From assembly GCA_039630505.1 (NCBI GenBank), contig JBCNUV010000023.1, positions 52,670 through 116,669 on the forward strand: a DNA stretch of 64,000 nucleotides, read 5' to 3'. Within the stretch, counting starts at the first letter, position 1, and every line of letters starts with the position of its first letter. The DNA comes from Thermodesulfovibrio sp. Its GTDB lineage: Bacteria > Nitrospirota > Thermodesulfovibrionia > Thermodesulfovibrionales > Thermodesulfovibrionaceae. Under the pieces are notes generated by a model that was not told the origin of the DNA, made no database searches, and saw only the letters and a list, made by a program, of their open reading frames with translations. The translations under genes were made by a program, and so were the position numbers. Positions 17,803-28,147 of the stretch are shown here, piece after piece.

Positions 17803-19055
17803 TGCCTTAATTGTCCGCTTCCAAAGACTATGAATTTCGTGCAAGTTAGTTCCTCAACTCCCATAGGCCCACGCGCATGAATTTTATCAGTTGAAATTCC
17901 TATTTCTGCACCAAGACCAAATTGATATCCATCATTAAGTCTAGTTGATGCATTTACAAAAACTGCAGAAGAGTCAACTTCTCTTAAGAATCTCATAGCC
18001 TTACTATAATCCTTCGTTACTATAGCATCTGAGTGCGCTGAGCCATACTTTGTTATATGTTCAATAGCCTCATCAATATCCTTTACAACTTTTACATTGA
18101 GTATTAAATCAAGATATTCATTATAAAAGTCCTCTTCTTTTACATCCTTTACATTTGGATATATACTCTTTGTTTTTAGACATCCCCTCAGTTGCACTCC
18201 TGCTTCTTCAAATCTCTTTAACATTTTTGGTAAAAACTTCTCTGCTATTTCTTCATCAACAAGCATTGTCTCCATTGCATTACATGTAGCAGGTCTTTGT
18301 ACCTTAGCATTAAAACAAATCTCCTCAGCCATTGATAAATCAGCATCCCTGTCAACAAAGACATGACATACACCTTTGTAGTGCTTCAATACAGGAATTC
18401 TTGAGTTTTCTGTTACAGTTCTTATAAGTCCTTCTCCTCCACGAGGAATTATGAGATCAATTATTCCTTCAAGCTTTATCATCTCAAGCACAGCTTCTCT
18501 TTGAGGAATATCTATATAAGTCACAACACCCTCATGCATCCCTTCATCCCTTAATGCTTCTTTTAAAACTTTTACTAAAGCAACATTTGAGTTTATGGCT
18601 TCAGAACCACCCCGCAGGACTACTGAATTTCCTGCTTTAAGACATAATCCAGTTACATCCACAGTAACATTTGGTCTTGCTTCATAAATCACACCTATTA
18701 CTCCTATTGGCACTCTCATTTTACCCACTTGCATTCCATTTGGTCTAAGCCACATCTTTGTTATTTCTCCAACAGGATCTGGTAGTGCTGCAACCTCCTT
18801 AAGACCATTTATCATCTCATCAATTCTTTTTTCATTTAGGGTAAGTCTGTCAATTAAAGCTTTAGAAATTCCCTTTTTCTCTGCGTTTTCTAAATCAACT
18901 TTGTTTGCACTGAGAAGTTCATCTCTTTTTTCTTTTAAGTACTCTGCCATTCTAATAATTATTTTGTTTTTTTGTTCTGTTGAGGCCTTTGCTATAAATC
19001 TTGATGCTTCCTTGGCTTGCAATGCCTTGTTCAAAACTACTTGTTTTATCTCCAT
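17799..19055 (-). CDS. proA: Gamma-glutamyl phosphate reductase ProA
   Basis: Start at MEIKQVV, preceded by GGAGG plus a 5-nt spacer. Motifs GVIGVIYEARPNVT, RGGSEA, HADAIVT-like (HSDAIVT), NASTRLNDGYQFGLGAEIGIST. Confidence 0.95.
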   Translation of the reverse strand: MEIKQVVLNKALQAKEASRFIAKASTEQKNKIIIRMAEYLKEKRDELLSANKVDLENAEKKGISKALIDRLTLNEKRIDEMINGLKEVAALPDPVGEITKMWLRPNGMQVGKMRVPIGVIGVIYEARPNVTVDVTGLCLKAGNSVVLRGGSEAINSNVALVKVLKEALRDEGMHEGVVTYIDIPQREAVLEMIKLEGIIDLIIPRGGEGLIRTVTENSRIPVLKHYKGVCHVFVDRDADLSMAEEICFNAKVQRPATCNAMETMLVDEEIAEKFLPKMLKRFEEAGVQLRGCLKTKSIYPNVKDVKEEDFYNEYLDLILNVKVVKDIDEAIEHITKYGSAHSDAIVTKDYSKAMRFLREVDSSAVFVNASTRLNDGYQFGLGAEIGISTDKIHARGPMGVEELTCTKFIVFGSGQLRQ

Positions 19056-19089
19056 CTTTACCTCCTTTATAAATTTTTCAATTTTCAAT

Positions 19090-19118
19090 TTGCATATTTT
19101 AACTTTTTTTGTTATATT
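19090..19118 (+). promoter_or_regulatory. Putative sigma70-type promoter for the ferredoxin gene
   Basis: TTGCAT, 17-nt spacer, TATATT. Sits about 30 nt upstream of the AGGAGGG RBS and ATG at 19152. Confidence 0.4.
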
Positions 19119-19151
19119 TTATAAAAATAATTTAATTTAAAGGAGGGTATT

Positions 19152-19334
19152 ATGCCAACACCAGTAGTTGATTTTGACCTTTGTGTAGGATGTGGAAGCT
19201 GCGCTGAAGTATGTCCTGAAGTTTTTGAAATGAGGGATGACAAGGCATGGGTAATTGGTCCTGACAAATGTTCTACATGTGATTGTCAACAAGCTGCTGA
19301 TCTTTGTCCCTCTCAGGCTATCAGATTTGAATAA
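19152..19334 (+). CDS. Small monocluster ferredoxin
   Basis: 60 aa. CVGCGSCAEVCP motif plus a distal CP (DLCP). Same length class as the Thermotoga/Pyrococcus single-cluster ferredoxins. Confidence 0.85.
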   Translation: MPTPVVDFDLCVGCGSCAEVCPEVFEMRDDKAWVIGPDKCSTCDCQQAADLCPSQAIRFE

Positions 19335-19335
19335 G

Positions 19336-19373
19336 TTTTTGAGGGTGGAGGAAAAAACCTCTGCCCTCAAAAA
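19336..19373. terminator. Bidirectional intrinsic terminator between convergent ferredoxin and NUDIX genes
   Basis: 16-bp stem (TTTTTGAGGGTGGAGG / CCTCTGCCCTCAAAAA, two G-U pairs) with an AAAAAA loop. T/A runs form part of each arm, so it can act in both orientations. Confidence 0.6.
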
Positions 19374-19934
19374 TTAATTTATAAATTTTTTAGCAAGTTC
19401 TAAAAATCCAAATATCTTTAAATCTAAATAATTTCCTTGTTTTCTCAACTCATTAAGCTTGTCAAATACCTCATCTGCTAAAATCTTTAAAACTTCTATA
19501 TTTTCACTTTCATCTGGAGGATAGTATTTTCTTAATTCTTCTGGTGCTTCCTTTACATTCTTTGCAATAAATACTGTCAAAACTTCTGTTGAAAGTCCTG
19601 AAGAAACCGGTCCCTCTGCAAGAAATATAATTTCATCAGAAAACAAACCTGTCTCCTCAATTAGTTCTCTCTTGGCTACTTCTATCAAGGACTCTCTTCT
19701 GTCATTCAATCCAGCTGGAAACTCTATAACATATCCTCCAAGAACTGGTCTAAACTGTCTAATAAAAACAAACTCTCTTTTTTCTGTGATAGGTATAACT
19801 ATAACAACTCCATTACAGTTTACCCTTTCAACAGCCTCCCACTGTCTTATATTTCCATGGGAGTCTTCATAAGAGAGTAATACAATTCTTAGATATTTTC
19901 CTTGCCAAACTACCTCTTTCTTTAGAATTCTCAT
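19374..19934 (-). CDS. NUDIX hydrolase (ADP-ribose pyrophosphatase-like)
   Basis: 186 aa. Nudix box GLNDRRESLIEVAKRELIEETG. Confidence 0.85.
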   Translation of the reverse strand: MRILKKEVVWQGKYLRIVLLSYEDSHGNIRQWEAVERVNCNGVVIVIPITEKREFVFIRQFRPVLGGYVIEFPAGLNDRRESLIEVAKRELIEETGLFSDEIIFLAEGPVSSGLSTEVLTVFIAKNVKEAPEELRKYYPPDESENIEVLKILADEVFDKLNELRKQGNYLDLKIFGFLELAKKFIN

Positions 19935-19941
19935 TTAAAAA

Positions 19942-20283
19942 CTATCCTGGAGGCCAATGCATCTGTCTTCCTGCTAAGATATGAAAATGAAGATGATAAA
20001 CTGTCTGACCTCCTTGGGAGTTACAGTTTACAACTACTCTAAAACCTCTTTCATCAACAGCCTTTTGTTTTGCTATTTCTTTTATAACTATAAAGATATG
20101 ACCTATTAATTCTTTATCATCTTCATTTATTTCAAGAAGATTAGAATAATGTTTTTTTGGAATCACAAGAATATGAACAGGAGCCTGAGGAGCAATATCT
20201 TCAAAGGCTAAAACTGTATTATCTTCATAAACAATTTTTGATGGAATCTCTTTTTTTACAATCTTACAAAATATACAACTCAT
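19942..20283 (-). CDS. HIT-family (Hint-like) nucleotide hydrolase
   Basis: 113 aa. CIFCKI N-terminus and the histidine triad HLHFHIL. Confidence 0.92.
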   Translation of the reverse strand: MSCIFCKIVKKEIPSKIVYEDNTVLAFEDIAPQAPVHILVIPKKHYSNLLEINEDDKELIGHIFIVIKEIAKQKAVDERGFRVVVNCNSQGGQTVYHLHFHILAGRQMHWPPG

Positions 20284-20285
20284 TC

Positions 20286-20621
20286 TCAGTAAATTCCTCT
20301 AAGCTCTATTTTCCTAAAAAAACAGGTTCTATTTCCTGTATGACATGCACCTTCACCATATTGTTTAACCATAATAAGCAATGTATCTGCATCACAGTCA
20401 TAATATATTTCTTTGACTTCCTGAAGATTTCCTGATGTCTCACCTTTTTTCCAATAAGTCTTTCTTGAGCGTGACCAAAAATGAGTAAATCCGCTTTCAA
20501 TTGTTCTTTTTAATGCCTCTTTATCCATATATGCAACCATTAAAACCTCTTTTGTATCAATCTCCTGAACTACAGCAGGAATAAGTCCATTTTCATCAAA
20601 CTTAAGCTCTGAAATGCTCAT
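20286..20621 (-). CDS. hisI: Phosphoribosyl-AMP cyclohydrolase HisI
   Basis: 111 aa. Motifs [23 protein letters not shown] ... [22 protein letters not shown]. Confidence 0.9.
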   Translation of the reverse strand: MSISELKFDENGLIPAVVQEIDTKEVLMVAYMDKEALKRTIESGFTHFWSRSRKTYWKKGETSGNLQEVKEIYYDCDADTLLIMVKQYGEGACHTGNRTCFFRKIELRGIY

Positions 20622-22204
20622 ATCTCACCCTTTTTTATCTTTTCCTTAAGAAGTTTATACTCTATACTGTCAACAATTGCCTGCCATGATGCCTCAATTA
20701 TGTTTTCAGAGACTCCCACTGTGCTCCATACATTTTCTTCATCTCCTGATTCTACTAAAACTCTAACTTTTGAAGCAGTTCCTCTACCTGAATTAACTAC
20801 TCTTACTTTATAATCTTTAAGTTTTACCTTTTTTAGTTCAGGATAAAATTTTTCAAGAGCCTTCCTTAAAGCATTATCAAGAGCATTAACAGGTCCATTA
20901 CCAGTTGATGCTGTATGTTCAATAGTTTTACCCACTTTTACCATAATCGTTGCTTCACTTGTGGTTGATTCATCTCCTTTTCTTTTTTCATCTATTACTC
21001 TAAATCCTATTAGTTCAAAAAACTTTCTCTTTAACCCAAGAGTTTTTCTAAACAGCAATTCAAGTGAAGCTTCAGCTCCTTCAAATTGATATCCTTCATT
21101 TTCAAGAGTTTTTACTGCATCTACAATTGCTTGAACTTCAGGAGAGTTAGGATCAAGTTGAATATTGAACTCTTCTGCTTTCTTTAAAATATTACTTTTT
21201 CCTGCCAAATCAGAAACAAGTATTCTCTGACGATTACCAACAAGTTCAGGTCTAATATGTTCATAGGTTTCTGGACGTTTTCTTACAGCACTTACATGAA
21301 CTCCGCCTTTATGAGCAAAGGCACTTTCTCCAACAAAAGGCTGTCTTTTAAAAGGCACTAAATTCGCTATCTCGTATACAAATCTGGACGTCTCAGTAAG
21401 CTTTCTTAGCTTATCTTCATCAATACATCTGTATCCCAGTTTAATTTGTAAATTTGGAATTACAGAACAGAGATTTGCATTTCCACATCTTTCACCAAAT
21501 CCATTTATTGTCCCCTGAACCTGCACTACTCCATTTAAAACAGCAATAATACTATTGGCAACAGCACAGTCAGAGTCATTGTGAGCATGAATACCTAAGG
21601 GAGTATTGATTGAAAGTTTAACATCTTGGACAATCTTTGCAATTTCCAGTGGAAGTGTGCCTCCATTGGTATCGCAAAGAATAATACAGTCTGCCTTTGC
21701 TTCTTCTGCTGTTTTAAGACATTTTAAAGCATACTCTGGATTATCTTTATATCCATCAAAGAAATGTTCTGCATCAAAAAATACTTTTTCTGCATACTTT
21801 TTTAAATAAGTGATTGTATTAAAAATTAAATCAAGATTTTCTTCAAGGGATACCTTTAATGCTTCTTTTACATGAAAATCCCATGTTTTACCAAAAATTG
21901 TTAAAACTTTAGCTTCAGATGTTATAAGAGACTTTATATTTATATCATCTTCAACTTTTACCTTTGGTCTATGTGTGCTTCCAAAGGCTACTACAATTGA
22001 ATTTTTAAGTGGAATTTTTTTCACTTTCTTAAAATACTCAGCATCCTTTGGATTTGAACCAGGCCAGCCACCTTCTATATAGTGAATGCCAAGTTCATCA
22101 AGTTTTTCTGTTATTCTTAACTTATCATCTACTGAAAAGGATATATCCTCTGCTTGAGAGCCATCTCTAAGAGTTGTATCATAAATTTCAATGATTTTTT
22201 GCAT
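20618..22204 (-). CDS. cimA: (R)-citramalate synthase / 2-isopropylmalate synthase family (CimA-type)
   Basis: 528 aa. [16 protein letters not shown] and a LeuA-dimer C-terminal domain. Length and N-terminus fit the CimA-type branch. A separate leuA lies at 56745-58259. Confidence 0.8.
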   Translation of the reverse strand: MQKIIEIYDTTLRDGSQAEDISFSVDDKLRITEKLDELGIHYIEGGWPGSNPKDAEYFKKVKKIPLKNSIVVAFGSTHRPKVKVEDDINIKSLITSEAKVLTIFGKTWDFHVKEALKVSLEENLDLIFNTITYLKKYAEKVFFDAEHFFDGYKDNPEYALKCLKTAEEAKADCIILCDTNGGTLPLEIAKIVQDVKLSINTPLGIHAHNDSDCAVANSIIAVLNGVVQVQGTINGFGERCGNANLCSVIPNLQIKLGYRCIDEDKLRKLTETSRFVYEIANLVPFKRQPFVGESAFAHKGGVHVSAVRKRPETYEHIRPELVGNRQRILVSDLAGKSNILKKAEEFNIQLDPNSPEVQAIVDAVKTLENEGYQFEGAEASLELLFRKTLGLKRKFFELIGFRVIDEKRKGDESTTSEATIMVKVGKTIEHTASTGNGPVNALDNALRKALEKFYPELKKVKLKDYKVRVVNSGRGTASKVRVLVESGDEENVWSTVGVSENIIEASWQAIVDSIEYKLLKEKIKKGEI

Positions 22205-22224
22205 AAAAGTAATATATTACATTT

Positions 22225-22253
22225 TTGATACATTAAGCAAGATATGTTATACT
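22225..22253 (+). promoter_or_regulatory. Putative sigma70-type promoter for iorA
   Basis: TTGATA, 17-nt spacer, TATACT. About 35 nt upstream of the iorA ATG, whose RBS is AGAGGGAG. Confidence 0.45.
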
Positions 22254-22288
22254 ATTGAAATTTTAAAACTACAATCAAGAGGGAGCAT

Positions 22289-23839
22289 ATGGAAAAAAGT
22301 TTAATGTTAGGATGTGATGCAATTGCTCGTGGAGCCATTGAAGCTGGAATTTCCTATGCTTCTTCCTATCCAGGAACTCCAGCCACGCAAATTCTTGAGT
22401 ATATAGCAAAAAATTCTACTGTAAAAGCTGAATGGTCTGTAAATGAAAAAGTAGCCTATGAAGTTGCATATGGTGTATCTTTAACAGGAAGAAGAGCACT
22501 TTGTTCAATGAAACATGTAGGATTAAATGTAGCATCGGATCCTTTCATCACATCAGCATATCTTGGAGTAAGAGGTGGACTTGTTGTTGTATTAGGAGAT
22601 GATCCAGGTGCCTACTCCTCTCAGAATGAACAGGATTCTCGCTTTTATGCTTCTTTTGCAAAGATACCTTGTCTTGAACCCTCTGATGCTCAAGAGGCTA
22701 AGGATATGACAAAAATAGCCTTTGATATATCTGAAGAGTTGGGATTACCTATAATGGTTAGAAGTATTACAAGACTTCTTCATTGTTTCAGTCCTGTAAC
22801 ACTGGAAAGCATTAAACCTGAAAAAGAAACCAAACTTGAAAAAAATCCTGACTATTTACTGGCTATTCCCAAGAATGTTATAAGACTTCATAGAGAACTT
22901 AACAAAAAACAGGAAAAAATTAAAAAAATAATTGAAAGATATGGCTTTAACAAAGTTATTCCTGGAAAAGGAAAGACAGGAATAATTGCCTGTGGAGTTA
23001 CCTATCTTTATGCTAAAGAGCTTGGAGAAGATTTACCGATCCTTAAAATTTCAGCTTATCCTGTTGATGAAGATTTAATTAAAGATTTCGTAAATAAGCT
23101 TGACAATGTAATCGTACTTGAAGAGGGTTATCCCTTTGTTGAAAGTTTAGTAAGAAAATTTTTTAGTAATGTAAAAGGTAAACTCTCTGGAGATTTACCA
23201 CTTGAGGGAGAACTTTGTGTAGATCCCTTATTGAAACTCTTTGGCAAAATAGAATCTATAACTCCAAACACCGAACTTATTCCAAGACCACCAGTACTTT
23301 GTCCAGGCTGTCCTCATAGAGAGTTTTACAAAGCATTAAAAGAGGCGAATCCATCTTTTGTTACAGGAGATATTGGATGTTATACTCTTGGAGCAAATCC
23401 TCCAGTTAAAGCAATTGATACATGCCTTTGTATGGGAGCAAGTATAAGTAAAGCATCAGGCATTGCTTCACAGGGTATACAAAGAGTAGTAGCAGTAATA
23501 GGAGACTCAACTTTTATTCATACAGGAGTTCCTGCATTGATAAACGCTGTATATAACAAGGTAAATATTCTTGTTTGCATTCTTGATAACTCCTCTGTCG
23601 CCATGACAGGCCATCAACCAACACCAGCAACTGGAATAACTGCTAAAGGTGATGAAACAAAAAAATTAGATCTTGTACAATTATGTAAAGCCTGTGGAGC
23701 AGACTCAGTTGAAGTAGTTGATCCGTATGATAAAAAATCTACACTTGAAGCAATCAAAAAAGGACTTGAAAATCCTGGCGTAAATGTAGTAATTGCACGC
23801 AGAGCCTGTATACTGCTGTCAAAAAGACTAAAGAGCTAA
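22289..23839 (+). CDS. iorA: Indolepyruvate:ferredoxin oxidoreductase alpha subunit (TPP-binding), short form
   Basis: 516 aa. Motifs GCDAIARGAIEAG, YPGTP, LCPGCPHRE, GDIGCYTLG, IGDSTFIHTG. No CxxCxxCxxxCP ferredoxin motif anywhere in the protein. Confidence 0.85.
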   Translation: MEKSLMLGCDAIARGAIEAGISYASSYPGTPATQILEYIAKNSTVKAEWSVNEKVAYEVAYGVSLTGRRALCSMKHVGLNVASDPFITSAYLGVRGGLVVVLGDDPGAYSSQNEQDSRFYASFAKIPCLEPSDAQEAKDMTKIAFDISEELGLPIMVRSITRLLHCFSPVTLESIKPEKETKLEKNPDYLLAIPKNVIRLHRELNKKQEKIKKIIERYGFNKVIPGKGKTGIIACGVTYLYAKELGEDLPILKISAYPVDEDLIKDFVNKLDNVIVLEEGYPFVESLVRKFFSNVKGKLSGDLPLEGELCVDPLLKLFGKIESITPNTELIPRPPVLCPGCPHREFYKALKEANPSFVTGDIGCYTLGANPPVKAIDTCLCMGASISKASGIASQGIQRVVAVIGDSTFIHTGVPALINAVYNKVNILVCILDNSSVAMTGHQPTPATGITAKGDETKKLDLVQLCKACGADSVEVVDPYDKKSTLEAIKKGLENPGVNVVIARRACILLSKRLKS

Positions 23840-24259
23840 AACATTCTCCCAACTTAAGATTGGGACTCCTTTTTCCTGAAGAATTGATATTGTTTTATCA
23901 AGATTTTCTGTTCGAAGGACTACTACTGCCTTTTCACCAGATTTTTCAACAAAAGCATAAATATACTCAATGTTTATACCTGCCTCATAAAGATATTTCA
24001 GTGCTTCAGCCAATCCTCCTGGTTTATCTTTTACTGCTATAGCCACTACATTCGTAAGTTTAACTGTAAATTCATTTTTTTCAAGAACTTCCTTAGCCTT
24101 TTCAGGATCTGTTACTATTAATCTTAAGATTCCAAACTCAGAAGTATCAGCAATTGAAAGAGCTCTTATGTTAATTCCCTCTTTAGCTAAAGCTTTCAAT
24201 GCCTCATAAAGTCTTCCTTTTTTGTTCTCTAAAAAAACTGATATCTGTTTTATTTTCAT
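23828..24259 (-). CDS. Tandem ACT-domain protein
   Basis: 143 aa. Two ACT repeats (ISVFLENKKGRL ... / AIAVKDKPGGL ...). Immediately downstream of a paaK-like ligase gene. Confidence 0.8.
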   Translation of the reverse strand: MKIKQISVFLENKKGRLYEALKALAKEGINIRALSIADTSEFGILRLIVTDPEKAKEVLEKNEFTVKLTNVVAIAVKDKPGGLAEALKYLYEAGINIEYIYAFVEKSGEKAVVVLRTENLDKTISILQEKGVPILSWENVLAL

Positions 24260-24272
24260 TATTTTCCTCCTA

Positions 24273-25577
24273 TTAATCTACAAGACTTCTTTTATCAATT
24301 ACTCTCTTTGCTTTACCTTCGCTTCTTGGCAAACTTTTTGGTTCAACAAGACTAACTTTAACTCTTACACCTATTGTCTCTTCAATGCGTTTTTCAAGTT
24401 TCTTTCTAAGACTTTCAATATGTTTTACTTCATCTGAAAAGGTCTCCTTTGACATCTCTACCATAACTTCTATTTCATCAAGGTGTTGAGGTCTTGTAAT
24501 AATAATTTGATAGTGAGGTTCAACTCCTTGGACTTCTAAAATTGTTTTCTCAATTTGATATGGAAAGATCATAACACCTCTTACCTTTATCATGTCATCG
24601 GTTCTTCCTCTGATTCTCTCAATTTTTGCAAATGTTCTTCCACAACTGCATTTTTCTCTTATTATTGAAGTTATATCTCTTGTTCTAAATCTTAACATTG
24701 GCATTCCCTCACGTGTTAGAGTTGTAAGAACCAGCTCTCCTCTTTTTCCATCAGGTAAAGGATCGCCTGTATCAGGATCTATAACCTCTACATAGAAATG
24801 ATCTTCAAATACATGTAATCCATTTTTTTCTATACATTCATGGGCAACACCCGGTCCAATTATCTCTGTTAATCCATATATGTTAAATGCATTGAGATTA
24901 AATCTCTTTTCAATTTCTTTTCTCATCTGTTCGGTCCACATCTCTGCCCCAAAACAACCTGCCTTAAGTCTTAGAGTCTTAGGATCAATACCCATCTCCT
25001 GAGCAACCTCAGCCATATATAAAGCATAAGAGGGAGTACATGTAAGAATTGTTGTTCCAAAGTCTCTCATTATCTCAATCTGTCTTCTAGTATTTCCTGC
25101 ACTTGCAGGGACAACCATTGCTCCAATCTTTTGTGCTCCATAATGAACTCCAAATCCTCCTGTAAAAAGTCCATATCCATAACAGTTTTGGACAATATCG
25201 TCCTTTGTAGCACCAGCCATTGTAAGACATCTTGCCATGACTTCAGACCATACTTCAATATCATGGCGAGTATAACCTGCTACCACAGGTTTTCCTGTAG
25301 TTCCACTTGACATATGAATCTCTATAATCTCATCAAGCGGAGAAGCAAACATTCCAAAGGGATAAACTTCTCTAAGGTCAGCCTTAGAAGTGAATGGAAT
25401 TTTTACTATATCCTCAAGAGTTTTTATATCATCTGGAGTTATTCCTGCTTCTTCAAATTTTTTTCTATAGTAAGGCACTTTCTCATATGCTCTTTTAACT
25501 GTTTGTTTAAGTCTTTCAAGTTGTAAAGCTCTAAGATTTTCTTCTGGCATGCACTCAAACTCTTTATTCCATATCAT
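24273..25577 (-). CDS. paaK: Phenylacetate--CoA ligase family protein (PaaK-like, copy 1)
   Basis: 434 aa. Motifs [33 protein letters not shown]. Confidence 0.9.
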   Translation of the reverse strand: MIWNKEFECMPEENLRALQLERLKQTVKRAYEKVPYYRKKFEEAGITPDDIKTLEDIVKIPFTSKADLREVYPFGMFASPLDEIIEIHMSSGTTGKPVVAGYTRHDIEVWSEVMARCLTMAGATKDDIVQNCYGYGLFTGGFGVHYGAQKIGAMVVPASAGNTRRQIEIMRDFGTTILTCTPSYALYMAEVAQEMGIDPKTLRLKAGCFGAEMWTEQMRKEIEKRFNLNAFNIYGLTEIIGPGVAHECIEKNGLHVFEDHFYVEVIDPDTGDPLPDGKRGELVLTTLTREGMPMLRFRTRDITSIIREKCSCGRTFAKIERIRGRTDDMIKVRGVMIFPYQIEKTILEVQGVEPHYQIIITRPQHLDEIEVMVEMSKETFSDEVKHIESLRKKLEKRIEETIGVRVKVSLVEPKSLPRSEGKAKRVIDKRSLVD

Positions 25578-25588
25578 AGTTTTTCACC

Positions 25589-26011
25589 TCATCCAGTAAA
25601 TTCTAAAAATTTAAGATTTTCACCCTTTAAAGTTTCCATAGCCTTCTGAGTATCCTCTACCTCAACAATTAAATATGCCCTTTTTCTTGTCTCAGCCACA
25701 TAAACGGCAGCACTTTCAATGTTTATACCCTTTGAAGAAAGAATTTTTACAACCTCATATAGTCCACCTGGTTGATCTTTCATTTCAATACCTATTGCTT
25801 CGTTTAATGATACAGTAAATCCTTTATCTTTAAGTAACTGATAAGCTTCCTTATATTTGTCAACCATAAACTTAATTATTCCAAATCCATTAGTACTTGT
25901 AATAGAAAAAGCTAAGATATTTATATTTGCTTCGGCAAGAACCTTAGTAATTCTTTCAAGTCTTCCTGGCTTATTCTCTGCAAATACTGAAATTATGTAA
26001 ACCTTACTCAT
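25589..26011 (-). CDS. Tandem ACT-domain protein (copy 2)
   Basis: Start set at MSKVYIISVFAENKPGRL, preceded by AGGAGG. Has a second ACT repeat (GIEMKDQPGGL). Confidence 0.8.
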   Translation of the reverse strand: MSKVYIISVFAENKPGRLERITKVLAEANINILAFSITSTNGFGIIKFMVDKYKEAYQLLKDKGFTVSLNEAIGIEMKDQPGGLYEVVKILSSKGINIESAAVYVAETRKRAYLIVEVEDTQKAMETLKGENLKFLEFTG

Positions 26012-26021
26012 CTGAGACCTC

Positions 26022-27317
26022 CTAAATAGTTCTTCTGTCAATCACTCTCTTTGCTTTTCCTTCACTAATAGGAAGTGTTCCAGGTTCTAAAAGTTCTACT
26101 TTTGGCTTAACCATTGTAGCAGACCTTATTTTATCTATAATTTCCTCCTTTAGTCTAACAAGTTTTTCAATTTTTCCATCAAAGATTTCTCTGTCTATCT
26201 CAACTCTAACTATCATCTCATCATAAGACTCAAGTACGATTTGATAATTTTGAGCTACTCCCTTTATTCCCATTAGTACCTGTTCAATCTGTTGAGGGAA
26301 TATGTTTACACCCTTTACTATAAACATATCATCAGATCTGCCAAGTATTCGTGAGATTCTTCTATGAGTTCTTCCACATTTACAAGGCTCTGAAATAATT
26401 TTTGTTAAGTCTCTTGTTCTGTATCTTATAAGTGGCATTGCCTCTCTGTTAAGTGTTGTTAAGACTAACTCTCCAATCTCTCCATCATTAACAGGTTTTC
26501 CTGTCTCAGGATTAATTACTTCCATAAGAAAATTGTCTTCCCATATATGAAGTCCATCCTTATAGATACATTCAAAACCAACACCTGGTCCATTCATCTC
26601 TGTAAGTCCATAACAGTTGTAAATATCTATACCAAGCATATTTTCAATTTTTTTCCTTGTTTCCTCAGAGTATGGCTCTGCTCCAAGATAGGCTCTTTTA
26701 AGCTTTAGTTCCTTCTTAGGATCAATTCCCTTATCATATATTACAGAGGCCACATACAGAGTATAACTTGGTGTCATATGAAGCATGGTTGTTCCAAAAT
26801 CTCTCATCAAGTTTATCTGTCTTTCTGTATTTCCTGGTCCTGCAGGAATAACAAAGATTCCTACTTTTTCAGCTCCATAGTGCATGACAAAAGCACCTGT
26901 AAAAAGTCCATAGGTCATGCTATTTTGTAGAATATCATTTTTTGTTGCACCTGTCATAACAAGACAGCGGGCAATAAGTTCTGCTGAGTTTTCTATGTCT
27001 TTTTTGGAAAAAAATATAGCCTTTGGTTTTCCCGTAGTTCCACTTGAAGTGTGTAGTCTTATAACTTTTTCAATTGGAACACTTAAAAGTCCATAGGGAT
27101 AGTCAACAAAAAGGTCTTCTTTAGTGGTAAATGGAATATTTTTTATATCATCAAGGGATTTAATATTTGAGGGATTTATTCCTGCATCCTGAAGTTTTTT
27201 TCTGTAGTGAGGAACTCTTTGATAAACCCTTTTTAAAACTTTTTTAAGTCTTTCTAATTGAAGCTGTTCAAGTTTTTCCCTTGGTAATGTTTCCAACTCC
27301 TTGTGCCAGTATTGCAT
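26022..27317 (-). CDS. paaK: Phenylacetate--CoA ligase family protein (PaaK-like, copy 2)
   Basis: 431 aa. Same motif set as copy 1 ([33 protein letters not shown]) but clearly diverged from it. Confidence 0.9.
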   Translation of the reverse strand: MQYWHKELETLPREKLEQLQLERLKKVLKRVYQRVPHYRKKLQDAGINPSNIKSLDDIKNIPFTTKEDLFVDYPYGLLSVPIEKVIRLHTSSGTTGKPKAIFFSKKDIENSAELIARCLVMTGATKNDILQNSMTYGLFTGAFVMHYGAEKVGIFVIPAGPGNTERQINLMRDFGTTMLHMTPSYTLYVASVIYDKGIDPKKELKLKRAYLGAEPYSEETRKKIENMLGIDIYNCYGLTEMNGPGVGFECIYKDGLHIWEDNFLMEVINPETGKPVNDGEIGELVLTTLNREAMPLIRYRTRDLTKIISEPCKCGRTHRRISRILGRSDDMFIVKGVNIFPQQIEQVLMGIKGVAQNYQIVLESYDEMIVRVEIDREIFDGKIEKLVRLKEEIIDKIRSATMVKPKVELLEPGTLPISEGKAKRVIDRRTI

Positions 27318-27888
27318 TTTTTGTACCTAACCTCCTACCTTCGGTAAATGCTTTTATGTTAATCTCGATAGTTTTAGATGGCACGGAGTTTTTGATTACT
27401 TCATGCCAAGTTTCTTCTTTGAAAGGTAAAAATAAAGATAGAAATCCTAAAATTACCGAGTTTTCAACCTTTGTGCTACCAATTTCTTTTGCAATTTTTT
27501 CTGCCTCTATGGTTTCTACTAAAAATCCTTTTTGTTGTATTAAATACTCAACATCTTCAGGATAGTTCTCTTCTGCCATTGCTGGTGGAATTTTTTTATT
27601 GTTCAAAATAACTAAACCATCTTTTTTAAGAAAATGAAGATATCTTAATGCTTCCAGCTTTTCAAGAGCCACCATTATGTCAGCCATTCCAGAGGGAATA
27701 TTTGGAGAATAAACCTTTTGTCCAAATCTTATATGACCAATAACACTGCCACCCCTTTGAGCCATTCCGTGAATCTCACTTTCCTTAACATCAAAACCAC
27801 TCTTAAAAGCAGCCTGAGCAATGATTCTGCTTGCAAGAACTATTCCTTGTCCACCTGTTCCAGATATTATTATATTTGTTGTCGGCAC
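27268..27888 (-). CDS. iorB: Indolepyruvate:ferredoxin oxidoreductase beta subunit
   Basis: 206 aa. ISGTGGQGIVLASRI ... HGMAQRGGSV, characteristic of the gamma/IorB-type 2-oxoacid oxidoreductase domain. Confidence 0.85.
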   Translation of the reverse strand: MPTTNIIISGTGGQGIVLASRIIAQAAFKSGFDVKESEIHGMAQRGGSVIGHIRFGQKVYSPNIPSGMADIMVALEKLEALRYLHFLKKDGLVILNNKKIPPAMAEENYPEDVEYLIQQKGFLVETIEAEKIAKEIGSTKVENSVILGFLSLFLPFKEETWHEVIKNSVPSKTIEINIKAFTEGRRLGTKNAILAQGVGNITKGKT

Positions 27889-28147
27889 GGAGAAAATTCT
27901 AACACAGAAGAAAGATTGTTTTCAACCTATATGCCTAAAATCAAATCACCTTTTAGTACCTTTTCCCACAGCAATCCACTAAAGTAGGATATTTTTAATT
28001 CTCTAAGTGAAAATAATTTCCCATTTATAACACCTTCCTTTAGAGCTAAAACCTAAAGGAAAACATAAATAAAGAAAAACTGAAGTGGATTTTTTAATTA
28101 GAAATGGTTTATAATTTGATCTTTAGAGAACTCTGAAGGAGGTCCCA

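Noticed and set aside
27718-27987. 89-aa plus-strand ORF spanning the iorB start and the upstream spacer.
   Set aside because: It overlaps the conserved iorB N-terminus on the other strand. It has no RBS and no recognisable motif, so it is probably a chance ORF in AT-rich DNA.
28037-28059. 7-bp inverted repeat (CCTTTAG-N9-CTAAAGG) in the iorB/fabG divergent spacer.
   Set aside because: The stem is short and AT-rich with a large loop and no flanking T-run. It is expected by chance in this composition.
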